DNA of 57,699 nucleotides from Clostridia bacterium (GTDB lineage Bacteria; Bacillota; Clostridia; Oscillospirales; SIG627): NCBI GenBank assembly GCA_017439965.1, contig JAFSID010000076.1, positions 1 to 57,699 of the forward strand, read 5' to 3'. Shown piece by piece: positions 16,822 to 25,197 of this stretch (position 1 is its first letter; each line of letters starts with the position of its first letter). The notes under the pieces were generated by a model. It saw only the letters and a program-made list of their open reading frames with translations, ran no database searches and was not told where the DNA came from. The position numbers and the translations under genes were made by a program.

Positions 16822-17714
16822 AAAGAGCTTTTATTATAATTGCTTTAGCTTTTATTCTCATCGGTACTGTTGTGGTTACCGCAACCTTTGCTCTGTCGGG
16901 CTTTGATTTCAAAAAGCTTTCAACCGTCACCTTCGATTCAAAAGTACATCAATTGGACGGAGACGTAAACGCAATTGACGTAAACGTCAACAGCGACGTG
17001 CGTATTGAAAAATCGCCCGACGGCATATGCCGTGTGATATCCTACGAAAGCAACAGAATAAGTCACCTCGTAGCAGTTGAAGACGGAGCTCTCAAAATCG
17101 AGACCGAGGACAAAACGAGCTTTTACGAATGGTGGGAAAACATAACCGTATATACCGACTCCGAGTGGGTAACGCTGCAGCTTCCCGAGAAAGAATACGA
17201 CAGCATTAAAATCAAAACCTTAAGCGGTGACGTTGCAATCGTTTCAGAGCTGTCATACGGCGAAGTGACGGTCAACAGCGCGAGCGGTGATATTTTCGCG
17301 CTCGGTGAAATGAGCGCGCTTGATATAAAATCGACAAGCGGCGATATTGAAATTCCCTCCTTAAACGTTATCGGTAATGCAAATATAAAAACAACCAGCG
17401 GTGACGTTGAAATCAAGTCAATGAGCGCGGACAAGCTGCGAATCAATTCCACAAGCGGAGAAATTGAGGTTGAAAACTTTAAGAGTACGGGAGACTTGAG
17501 CATCAAAACGACGAGCGGTGATATCGAGCTTGTCGGATGTGAGGTTGAGAAAAGCGTTTTGCTTGAAAGCGCAAGCGGAGATATCGGCGGAAGGCTTATC
17601 GGTGAATGGAGCTTTATAACCGACACAGTTTCGGGAAGCATAAGAGTTCCAAGCGTAAACTCAGAAAAGGAATGCCGTATTAAAACCACTTCGGGAGATA
17701 TATATTTCAGATAA
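16818..17714 (+). CDS. DUF4097-like beta-repeat (putative adhesin-fold) protein
   Basis: N-terminal TM helix and eight or more S/T-SGD(I/V) repeat strands. Confidence 0.7.
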   Translation: MKRAFIIIALAFILIGTVVVTATFALSGFDFKKLSTVTFDSKVHQLDGDVNAIDVNVNSDVRIEKSPDGICRVISYESNRISHLVAVEDGALKIETEDKTSFYEWWENITVYTDSEWVTLQLPEKEYDSIKIKTLSGDVAIVSELSYGEVTVNSASGDIFALGEMSALDIKSTSGDIEIPSLNVIGNANIKTTSGDVEIKSMSADKLRINSTSGEIEVENFKSTGDLSIKTTSGDIELVGCEVEKSVLLESASGDIGGRLIGEWSFITDTVSGSIRVPSVNSEKECRIKTTSGDIYFR

Positions 17715-17720
17715 AAGCAA

Positions 17721-17758
17721 GGGGCTGTAAAAAACTTAAAGGAGTTTTTTACAGCCCC
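17721..17758. terminator. bidirectional terminator
   Basis: GGGGCTGTAAAAAAC pairs with GTTTTTTACAGCCCC (15-bp stem). Confidence 0.75.
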
Positions 17759-17794
17759 GACTCACAGTTGTGGCATACAACGGATAAAAAGTGT

Positions 17795-19132
17795 CTATTT
17801 AAAGCGCTTTTGATAATAAAGCCACGGAGCAAGACAAACGACAAACGCTCCGACCCATGCGGCAGGCTCGATATAATAAAGCACATCAATACCGATAAGC
17901 CTTGTAAAAAGCTTTGCCATGCTTACACGGATAAAAAATTCCGCAATTCCCGAATACAGAGGCCATGCGGAATTGCCGATTGAAAGAAGCGCGTTTCGGT
18001 AAACGTGAATGAGGTATAAAACTATCAGAGACAGTGCCATTATGACAAGATACTTATAAGCCACAGCAAACGCCTCGGGACCTCCCTCCTCCGACAAGTC
18101 AAGAAAGAGCCTCAAAAGATATTTGCCGAGAATAAGCACGCTTGTCAGAATACCGACTGCCATTCCGACGGCAAGCACGGCTCCCGACCTGACTCCCTCT
18201 CGCACTCTGTCAAAATTGCGAGCACCGTAATTCTGCGAAACGAATGTCGAGCAGGCAATTCCGAGAGATATTGCAGTGCTTTCAAGCAGACCGTAAAGCT
18301 TATTGGTCGCGGTATAGCCCGCTATAAAATAACTTCCCTGAAGATTGACGGTTGATTGAAGAATAATTCCGCCGAGAGATATAATTATATACTGTATTGC
18401 GAGAGGTATACCGAACACGAAAAGCTCCTTCAAAAGCTTTATATCCAAGCTCCACGCCTCTCGGTCAAGCTTGATAAAATCAATTTTCAGCATTCGCACA
18501 AGGCAAAAAGCAAACGATATAAGCTGAGCAACAAGAGAAGCTACGGCGGCGCCGAAGATACCCCAATGAAAAACGAGCACGAAAAGAAGGTCGAGTCCTA
18601 TGTTGGTTACCGCCGCAATAACCATTGCGACAAGCGGTGTCCTTCCGTCTCCGAGTCCGCGCAAAACCGCTCCCGTCATATTATAGGCGGCAACGATAAG
18701 CGTACCCGAAACCATTGTGACAAGATAAAGACACGCTCCGTCTATAATGTCCTCGGGCGTTTTTAACAGCTCGAGCATCGGTCTTGCAAATACGATTCCA
18801 AGCAGGGTAAGTACCGCTCCGACGCTTGCGCATAAAAGGGTGGACATGGTAATAACCTTGTTTACTCCCTTATAATCACGCTTACCGAAATATCTTGACA
18901 CATATGTGCCGAGTCCTTGGGTCAAGCCGATAACCGTCCAGATTATCATCCAGCATATCCAGTCCGTTGCGCCTACCGAGGCAAGCGCCGAAACACCCAC
19001 TCCACGTCCTACGATTGATGCGTCAACGATGGCGTAAAGCTGTTGTCCGAGGTTGCCGAGGATGAGAGGAAGAGAAAATTTCAATATTAACCTTTTGGCG
19101 TTACCGCCCGTCATATCAGTTACTCTTGACAT
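17795..19132 (-). CDS. MATE family efflux transporter
   Basis: 445 aa, about 12 TM helices, N-terminus ...LILKFSLPLILGNLGQQLYAIVDASIVGRGVG typical of MATE. Confidence 0.85.
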   Translation of the reverse strand: MSRVTDMTGGNAKRLILKFSLPLILGNLGQQLYAIVDASIVGRGVGVSALASVGATDWICWMIIWTVIGLTQGLGTYVSRYFGKRDYKGVNKVITMSTLLCASVGAVLTLLGIVFARPMLELLKTPEDIIDGACLYLVTMVSGTLIVAAYNMTGAVLRGLGDGRTPLVAMVIAAVTNIGLDLLFVLVFHWGIFGAAVASLVAQLISFAFCLVRMLKIDFIKLDREAWSLDIKLLKELFVFGIPLAIQYIIISLGGIILQSTVNLQGSYFIAGYTATNKLYGLLESTAISLGIACSTFVSQNYGARNFDRVREGVRSGAVLAVGMAVGILTSVLILGKYLLRLFLDLSEEGGPEAFAVAYKYLVIMALSLIVLYLIHVYRNALLSIGNSAWPLYSGIAEFFIRVSMAKLFTRLIGIDVLYYIEPAAWVGAFVVCLAPWLYYQKRFK

Positions 19133-19200
19133 AGTCTTCTCCGAAAAATCAAATTGAGTATATCATATCACAAAGCATTCAAAAAATCTATACGTTTTCC

Positions 19201-19238
19201 AAAAAAATCCGTATCACCGATGGCGATACGGATTTTTT
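19201..19238. terminator. terminator hairpin downstream of the GntR-ABC operon
   Basis: ATCCGTATC pairs with GATACGGAT, flanked by A7 and T6. Confidence 0.7.
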
Positions 19239-19239
19239 A

Positions 19240-20166
19240 TTACATCAAAACTATCGTTGCGATTATCGTAAATACAATAAGCTCAAGTGCGCTGAATATA
19301 CAGACCGTACGGTAAATACGCTTGTAAACCCTTGTTGCCTTGAAGGATTTAACGAAGAATATTACGAAAATCACAAAAGGCGCTACAGCAAACAGAAGTA
19401 TAAGCAATACGGCGGCAATTTTTTGGCTTATTCCGTCATAGAGCGAAAAGCCGAGGGTATATTCCGCGTCGTATTCCGACTTTGCCTCGGAAAGTCTTGA
19501 AATAAGCTTGCTATCCGTTATACGCCAAGCGGAAAGCTCTTTGTATTCCGACAGATAAAAATCGTACCACGAATCAACGCCAACGTCATCAAAGTCAACG
19601 AAATAAACAGCATCACTGCAATATACTATAACACCGCGAATAAGCTCTATTCCCGTTCCGTTAACCGTTGCGTATACGGGAAATTCATCATAGGAAATAA
19701 TTCGGTTTCCCTTGAGAGCTACCCTTTCTCCATACAACGAGTCGGTTGCAGCCTTAATACCTTCGCTGTCATACAAATCGAAGTAAATGACGCAGGCGCT
19801 CGCATCACCGTTCAAAAGCGCCTCGTATTCATCAAGATAGCTTTTTTCAAGATAGACTGACGTAAGAGTTGAGCCGTCCTTATACTTAAACTCCGCATTT
19901 GCAAGAGTTTCATACTCATCAAGCAGAATGATAACGTCATCAAGCTCCTTGTTCTGCTCACGCGTGAGAAGAGCGTTGAGCTGTCGTCCGTCGAAATAAA
20001 CCTCAAGATCGCTTGCGTTGATTCTGACAAATTCTTCATTGCCGTATTCAAAGCTCTTGAGGTCATCCGCAAATACGACGGAATCGTCAGCGGCTACCAT
20101 AACGGAAAGAGTGCAGGAGATAATCAGAACGAGAACGAGTAATAATAAATTTCTTTTCACACTCAC
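19240..20166 (-). CDS. hypothetical exported or membrane protein (N-terminal signal/TM, two C-terminal TM helices)
   Basis: ORF with GGAGG upstream (start GTG 20166 or 20160). No recognisable catalytic motif. Last gene of the GntR-ABC operon. Confidence 0.55.
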   Translation of the reverse strand: MSVKRNLLLLVLVLIISCTLSVMVAADDSVVFADDLKSFEYGNEEFVRINASDLEVYFDGRQLNALLTREQNKELDDVIILLDEYETLANAEFKYKDGSTLTSVYLEKSYLDEYEALLNGDASACVIYFDLYDSEGIKAATDSLYGERVALKGNRIISYDEFPVYATVNGTGIELIRGVIVYCSDAVYFVDFDDVGVDSWYDFYLSEYKELSAWRITDSKLISRLSEAKSEYDAEYTLGFSLYDGISQKIAAVLLILLFAVAPFVIFVIFFVKSFKATRVYKRIYRTVCIFSALELIVFTIIATIVLM

Positions 20167-20172
20167 ACCTCC

Positions 20173-20991
20173 TTACGCAAGATTCAGCTTGCGGTCAAGC
20201 ATCCAATATTCAAGAGTATACAAGAGGGATGCAATAAGCGCAAAGAGTAATATAACGCCAAAGCCAATCACCGCAACGGGTCCGTTTATATTATTCTCGG
20301 GAAGACGCATAACCACGTAATCAAGACCTATCATATAGACAAGCTGAGTTATGCCGTTAACCATAGCGTTTACCGCGTAATATATACCTATGGCAGTTAT
20401 GACTCTTGCCTTTTTCGTAATTATCGAGGCAAAGGTTATGCATATCGAAATAAAAAGTACAGAGCAGAGAAGCGCGGTGACAAAAAGCGCTATTATTTCC
20501 ACCGCGTATATGATAAGATATACGCCGAGCGCTTTTTGAGCCTCCTCAATTGCGTACGCCATGCCCTCAAGTGCCTCGGGAACAAACAATTCTTGCCAGA
20601 AGCCTATCGCCACCGTAATGCATACGTTGATAATTGCAACGACGGTAGTAAGAAGCATCACAAAGGTGCCCGAAATGAGCTTTGAGTTCAAAAGAGCGGT
20701 ACGCTTTACGGGGAGAGTAAAGGTGAGGTATCCCTCGTCGGTAAAAAAGTTTTTATAAAATCTTACGTAAATAAGAATTGCCGAAATAAGCGTAAACGCG
20801 CTGAGTCCTATAATATCAACGATTATAAACAAAACGGAGAGTATTGTCAGCGCAACGGGCTCCTCATACTCACTTATGAGCATATTAACGCAACCGCCTG
20901 CAATTATTGACATAACAAAGGAGCTTATGGCGGCTATCCACCAATATTTAAGCATTGCCCTTAAATCGTATTTAAGAAGTCTCTTTAGCAT
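20173..20991 (-). CDS. ABC-2 type transporter permease-like membrane protein
   Basis: 272 aa with about 6 TM helices. The ATG overlaps the stop of the ATPase gene. Confidence 0.6.
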   Translation of the reverse strand: MLKRLLKYDLRAMLKYWWIAAISSFVMSIIAGGCVNMLISEYEEPVALTILSVLFIIVDIIGLSAFTLISAILIYVRFYKNFFTDEGYLTFTLPVKRTALLNSKLISGTFVMLLTTVVAIINVCITVAIGFWQELFVPEALEGMAYAIEEAQKALGVYLIIYAVEIIALFVTALLCSVLFISICITFASIITKKARVITAIGIYYAVNAMVNGITQLVYMIGLDYVVMRLPENNINGPVAVIGFGVILLFALIASLLYTLEYWMLDRKLNLA

Positions 20992-21686
20992 CTGAACACC
21001 TCCCTGAAAAGCTCGTCAAGGCTCTTGCCCGTTTCGTTTCTCGTTTCCTCGGCGTTACCCGAGCGTACGATAGTACCTCCAAAGCCTATAAAGTAATAAT
21101 CGTCAAGCACCTGCTCGATATCGGTTATCAAGTGAGTGGTTATTATAATGGTTGCACTCGGGTCATAATTGGAAACGATAGTGCTCAGAATATACTCTCT
21201 CGCCGCAGGGTCAACACCCGCAATCGGCTCGTCGAGTAAGTAAAGCTTTGCCCTTCTTGACATAACGAGAATAAGCTGTACCTTTTCCTTCGTGCCTTTA
21301 GAAAGGGTTTTGAGATTTGCATTTCTGTCAATCTTTAAATCGGCGAGCAGAGCGTAGGCGCGCTCTGTATCAAAGTCGGAATAAAACTCGGCAAAATATT
21401 TAACGAGTCCGTCAACCTTCATTCCCGAGGTAAAATAAGTTCGCTCGGGAAGATACGAAACGAGAGCCTTGGTTTTTTCACCGACGGGTACACCGTCAAC
21501 GAGTATTTCACCCGAATCGGACTGTAACAGTCCCGACACAAGCTTCATAAGTGTCGATTTACCGCACCCGTTAGGGCCTAAAAGTCCGACGATTCTGCCT
21601 GCGGGAATTTCCATATTCAAAAAGCTCAGAACAGGCACACCTTTTTTATATGCTTTGTTAAGATTCTTTATCTCAAGAACGTTCAC
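20985..21686 (-). CDS. ABC transporter ATP-binding protein
   Basis: Walker A GPNGCGKST, signature LSKGTKEKV, Walker B LYLLDEP. Confidence 0.9.
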   Translation of the reverse strand: MNVLEIKNLNKAYKKGVPVLSFLNMEIPAGRIVGLLGPNGCGKSTLMKLVSGLLQSDSGEILVDGVPVGEKTKALVSYLPERTYFTSGMKVDGLVKYFAEFYSDFDTERAYALLADLKIDRNANLKTLSKGTKEKVQLILVMSRRAKLYLLDEPIAGVDPAAREYILSTIVSNYDPSATIIITTHLITDIEQVLDDYYFIGFGGTIVRSGNAEETRNETGKSLDELFREVFRC

Positions 21687-22042
21687 TTCATCGCCTCCTC
21701 TATCATATGAATCGCTTCATCGGGTGAAATTGCAAGCTGTCCTATTTCCCTCACAAAATCACCGATTATATGCTCCGCCATCATACTGCGGCAGCCTTCA
21801 ATAACCTCAGCATCCTCCGTAACGTAACGCCCGACGGTGCCGTGAGATACTATCAGCCCCTCCCTCTCAAGCTCGACGAATGCGTGCTGAACGGTATTGG
21901 GGTTTACAGCCGCAGTCAACGCAAGCTGTCTCACCGTCGGAATCTGGTCTCCCGGTAAAAACTCTCCCGATACGACCTTCTTTCTTATTCGGTCGGCTAT
22001 CTGTAAATACACGGGCTTATCCGCTGAAAAGCTCCAAGCCAT
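21683..22042 (-). CDS. GntR family (YtrA-like) transcriptional regulator
   Basis: KPVYLQIADRIRKKVVSGEFLPGDQIPTVRQLALTAAVNPNTVQHAFVELEREGLI. ATG 22042 has AAAGGAG 7 nt upstream. Confidence 0.85.
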   Translation of the reverse strand: MAWSFSADKPVYLQIADRIRKKVVSGEFLPGDQIPTVRQLALTAAVNPNTVQHAFVELEREGLIVSHGTVGRYVTEDAEVIEGCRSMMAEHIIGDFVREIGQLAISPDEAIHMIEEAMK

Positions 22043-22196
22043 AAGCGTTCTCCTTTCTTGTATTATTGTCCTAACATAATAATACAATATTGTTGCTGAT
22101 TTGTCAACAAAAAAGCCATTTTGTCAAAAATTATCCCTTAAAAACGTAAAAATGTTCCCGTTTATTCGAAAAAATGATACAATTTCACGATTTTTA

Positions 22197-22225
22197 TTGA
22201 TTTTAAAAAAGCTATGTGCTATAAT
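22197..22225 (+). promoter_or_regulatory. strong sigma-A promoter at the head of the fibre locus
   Basis: TTGATT 22197-22202, 17-nt spacer ending in TGC, TATAAT 22220-22225. About 170 nt of leader precede the first CDS. Confidence 0.6.
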
Positions 22226-22401
22226 GCACAATGAGTATAGTATCCGATAATTTGCGTTTTTTGCAGATTAACAGGCGTAATCTACCGTATACGATTCATT
22301 GCTTCACAAGTATTTCGGTTCTGCTCGGTCTATTCAAATCGCCAATAACGGTCACTATAAAATTAACACAAAAACATATAAAGAAAAGAGGATTACCACA
22401 C

Positions 22402-23139
22402 GTGAAAAAGGCATTAACTATCATTAAAACGACTATGGTATGGCTGATTGTGGCATTGGCGGTATTTATGATGATATTTACCGTTATATCCGTAACCACC
22501 TTCAACCGAAATGACAGAGACCTTTTCGGCTACAAGGCATACATTGTAAATTCGGACTCCATGGCGGCAACGGATTTCAATGCAGGTGACCTTATCTTCG
22601 TCAAGGAGGTTGCTCCCTCCACTCTCAAGGAGGGCGACATAATCACCTACATTTCACAAAACAGTGAAAGCTTCGGTGAGGTAATCACCCATAAAATCAG
22701 AAAGCTTACCACCGACGCTCAGGGTAACGACGGCTTTATTACCTACGGTACTACGACCAACGTGGACGACCAGACGGTCGTAACACACCCTTACGTGCTC
22801 GGTAAGTACGAATTTCATCTCAAGGGTATCGGTACCTTCTTTAACTTCCTCAAGACCCCACAGGGATATATAATTTGTATATTTATCCCCTTTATGATAC
22901 TCATTCTCTATCAGGGCATCAACTGTATCCGTCTTTTCCGCAGATATAAGAGGGAGCAGACCGAGGCTATGGAGGCAGAGCGCGCAAAGATTGAGGCTGA
23001 GCGTGAGGAGGCTGCGCGTATGATGGCTGAGCTCAAGGCACTCAAGGAGCAGATGCAGAACAGCGTTGCCGCCGATACACCCGAGAAAAAAGAAGAAGCC
23101 CCTGCCGAAGCCAATGAAGAAGACAAGACAGAGGAGTAA
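22402..23139 (+). CDS. sipW: signal peptidase I, SipW (ER/archaeal) type, with a long C-terminal TM and coiled-coil acidic tail
   Basis: N-terminal TM helix, then IVNSDSMAATDFNAGDLIFVKEV (nucleophile Ser) and EVITHKI (His). GTG 22402 lies after AAAAGAGGA; the ORF-track start at 22231 is unlikely. Confidence 0.8.
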   Translation: MKKALTIIKTTMVWLIVALAVFMMIFTVISVTTFNRNDRDLFGYKAYIVNSDSMAATDFNAGDLIFVKEVAPSTLKEGDIITYISQNSESFGEVITHKIRKLTTDAQGNDGFITYGTTTNVDDQTVVTHPYVLGKYEFHLKGIGTFFNFLKTPQGYIICIFIPFMILILYQGINCIRLFRRYKREQTEAMEAERAKIEAEREEAARMMAELKALKEQMQNSVAADTPEKKEEAPAEANEEDKTEE

Positions 23140-23199
23140 TCTATGAGCACAGCTAAAAAGATTTAGAATATTATTTCTACTGCCATCGTAATTTTAATC

Positions 23200-23685
23200 G
23201 TGCTGTGCGCCGTATTTCTTATGGGCACTCGTCTTATGGGCTACAAGGTATTTACGGTAATTTCGGGAAGTATGGCTCCCATATATAACGTAGGCGACCT
23301 CATTTACGTTAAGGAGGTTGACGTTGATACGATTGAAATCGGTGACCCTATCACCTTCGTGCTTAATGAAAATCTCGTAGTGGCAACCCATACCGTTATT
23401 GATATCGACAAGGAAAACTCCTGCTTCTATACGAAGGGTGAGGCAAACGAGATTCCTGATGCGACTCCCGTTCATTTCAACAACGTTATAGGCGTTCCTC
23501 AATTCAAGATTGCGAAGCTCGGCTACGTTTCCGATTTTATTCAGAACCCTCCGGGTACCTACATAACCATCGGAGTGGCAGTCGTGCTTATCATTCTCGT
23601 ATTTCTTCCCGATGCATTTAATAAAAAGAAGGAAGAAGAAACCGCTCCCGTTGAATCCGACAAAAAGGAAGACGGAGAAGGCTGA
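23200..23685 (+). CDS. sipW: second SipW-type signal peptidase I; natural N-terminus apparently interrupted by an in-frame TAG
   Basis: VISGSMAPIYNVGDLIYVKEV...VATHTVI. An in-frame ATG at 23143 (GGAG RBS, 3 nt after the sipW-1 stop) reads MSTAKKI-TAG(23164-23166)-NIISTAIVILIV before the GTG at 23200. Confidence 0.75.
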   Translation: MLCAVFLMGTRLMGYKVFTVISGSMAPIYNVGDLIYVKEVDVDTIEIGDPITFVLNENLVVATHTVIDIDKENSCFYTKGEANEIPDATPVHFNNVIGVPQFKIAKLGYVSDFIQNPPGTYITIGVAVVLIILVFLPDAFNKKKEEETAPVESDKKEDGEG

Positions 23686-23811
23686 TTAAGGTTTTAGGCA
23701 CAGCAGTGCTTAAAATATACGTTCGCGGAGAGAAGACGCGGACACGTATCCGTTATGAGAAGAACGGATATACACATTTTTATTCTTTCAAATTTATAAG
23801 GAGAAAAATCA

Positions 23812-24894
23812 ATGAAGCTTACCAAGAAAAAGATTATTCTCATCGCTCTTGCTGTATGTCTCTTTGCTATTGCATCATATGGCACGTTAGCTTGGTTTAC
23901 AGCTGAAGATGAAGTAATCAACGAATTTTACGTTGCCGATTCCACAGAAGATCCGAGCAAGGTGTTCGGTATCGACGTATGGGAAGAGGTTGACGGAACC
24001 GAATACGGTAAGGGCGTTGCAAATACCGACGGAGCAGAATACGAGTATATTCTCCCCGGCGAGATTCTCGACAAGGATCCTTACTTTACAAACACCGGTG
24101 TACATCCCCAGTACGTACGTGCTATCGTAACCGTAACAGATGCTGACACCCTTTATGATGCTATGATTCCTTACGGCTCTGACGTTAGCGAATGGAACGA
24201 GGTTGAGTTCTTATTCCCCGGTACTGATGCTAACTGGACCTTCCAGGATTCATTCTACACCAAGGATGGCACCTTCGTTTACGTTTACTACTACAACACC
24301 ACTCTCGCAGCTGGTGCTACAACCGAAAAGCTCTTCGACGCTGTTGTTATCCCCACCGAGCTCACCAAGGAGCAGGCTGCTGATATCGACGACTTCACCG
24401 TTAGCATCGTAGGTCAGGCTATCCAGTCCGAGCACCTCGATCCCGCTATCACCACCGCTCAGGAAGCGTTCAAGAAGTATTGGGACAGAGACGGCTCTAA
24501 CGCAGGACTCTTCCCCGAGGATCTCGCCTCCAAGACTCATTCAGGCAACCTCGGTACCCCTGTAACTCCCATCGTTTATGACCCCAATAACTACGCAGCT
24601 GACGGCGGTGTTATGAACCTCAACAACATAAGCGGAACAGTTGCTACAGGCAGCACTGTTGTTTCCATTCCCGCTACTCAGCCCAATGCCACCGTTTTAA
24701 TTGAAGGTGGCGCTAACCTCGTCATTGAGGCAGGCGGATACTTAGTTGACGCTGAAACGTCTCCTAACGTTATTTATATCAATACTCAGGACACCTACAC
24801 CATCAACGGTAAGGTTGTCGGCGTTGATATAACTCAGGACGAAGTAACCAACACTTACTTCCGTAACTGTACTGTAATCTGGATGCCTTGGTAA
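23812..24894 (+). CDS. SipW-dependent secreted protein, BsaA/TasA-like fibre subunit candidate
   Basis: MKLTKKKIILIALAVCLFAIASYGTLAWFTA (SipW-cognate signal). Also PGEILDKDPYFTNTG...YVRAIV and a ...VGQAIQSEHL core. AGGAG RBS. Confidence 0.75.
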   Translation: MKLTKKKIILIALAVCLFAIASYGTLAWFTAEDEVINEFYVADSTEDPSKVFGIDVWEEVDGTEYGKGVANTDGAEYEYILPGEILDKDPYFTNTGVHPQYVRAIVTVTDADTLYDAMIPYGSDVSEWNEVEFLFPGTDANWTFQDSFYTKDGTFVYVYYYNTTLAAGATTEKLFDAVVIPTELTKEQAADIDDFTVSIVGQAIQSEHLDPAITTAQEAFKKYWDRDGSNAGLFPEDLASKTHSGNLGTPVTPIVYDPNNYAADGGVMNLNNISGTVATGSTVVSIPATQPNATVLIEGGANLVIEAGGYLVDAETSPNVIYINTQDTYTINGKVVGVDITQDEVTNTYFRNCTVIWMPW

Positions 24895-25013
24895 TAAGAA
24901 CGACCAATTCATCTATTAGCAATTACTAATCGCATTTCCCTTTTTACTGAAACACTTCGGATTCTTCTCACCGATTTTTAAGGTAAAAAAACAAGTTTCA
25001 TGAAACCTTGCTT

Positions 25014-25081
25014 CCCACTCCCCTCTCGGAGAGTGGGCGGCAATCAAAGAGCATAAACGAGCTTTGTGTTCTTTGATTGCC
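25014..25081 (+). repeat. H1-H2 double-hairpin element, copy 1
   Basis: CCCACTC..GAGTGGG, then GGCAATCAAAGAGCATAAAC-GAG-CTTTGTGTTCTTTGATTGCC. Part of a roughly 310-nt block duplicated at 27082. Confidence 0.85.
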
Positions 25082-25197
25082 GGTGACGGCAAAAACGGTA
25101 CTTATTCGGTACCGAGCGTAACCATGCCGTTTTGTCTTAAGGCTTTTACAAAACGGCTTAAACAAAAGCCAGAATTTAATAGGAGGTCATTTAAGAT

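Noticed and set aside
22231..22401. The ORF-track N-terminal extension of sipW-1 (start 22231). Also the extended starts of 32545, 35400, 38938, 54377, 55347, 13043, 14858, 15819, 22087, 44827 and 48501.
   Set aside because: The internal starts have proper RBS spacing and/or stop-start coupling with the upstream gene. The extensions also encode non-homologous leader sequence.
25082..25197. A c-di-GMP (GEMM) riboswitch in the 185-nt leaders of the TasA-like genes. Such riboswitches often precede pilin or adhesin genes in Clostridia.
   Set aside because: I could not find the conserved GEMM-I/II core sequences or the tetraloop-receptor arrangement. The GNRA loop in H1 occurs in only 2 of 5 copies. 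A proper Rfam scan could still revisit this.
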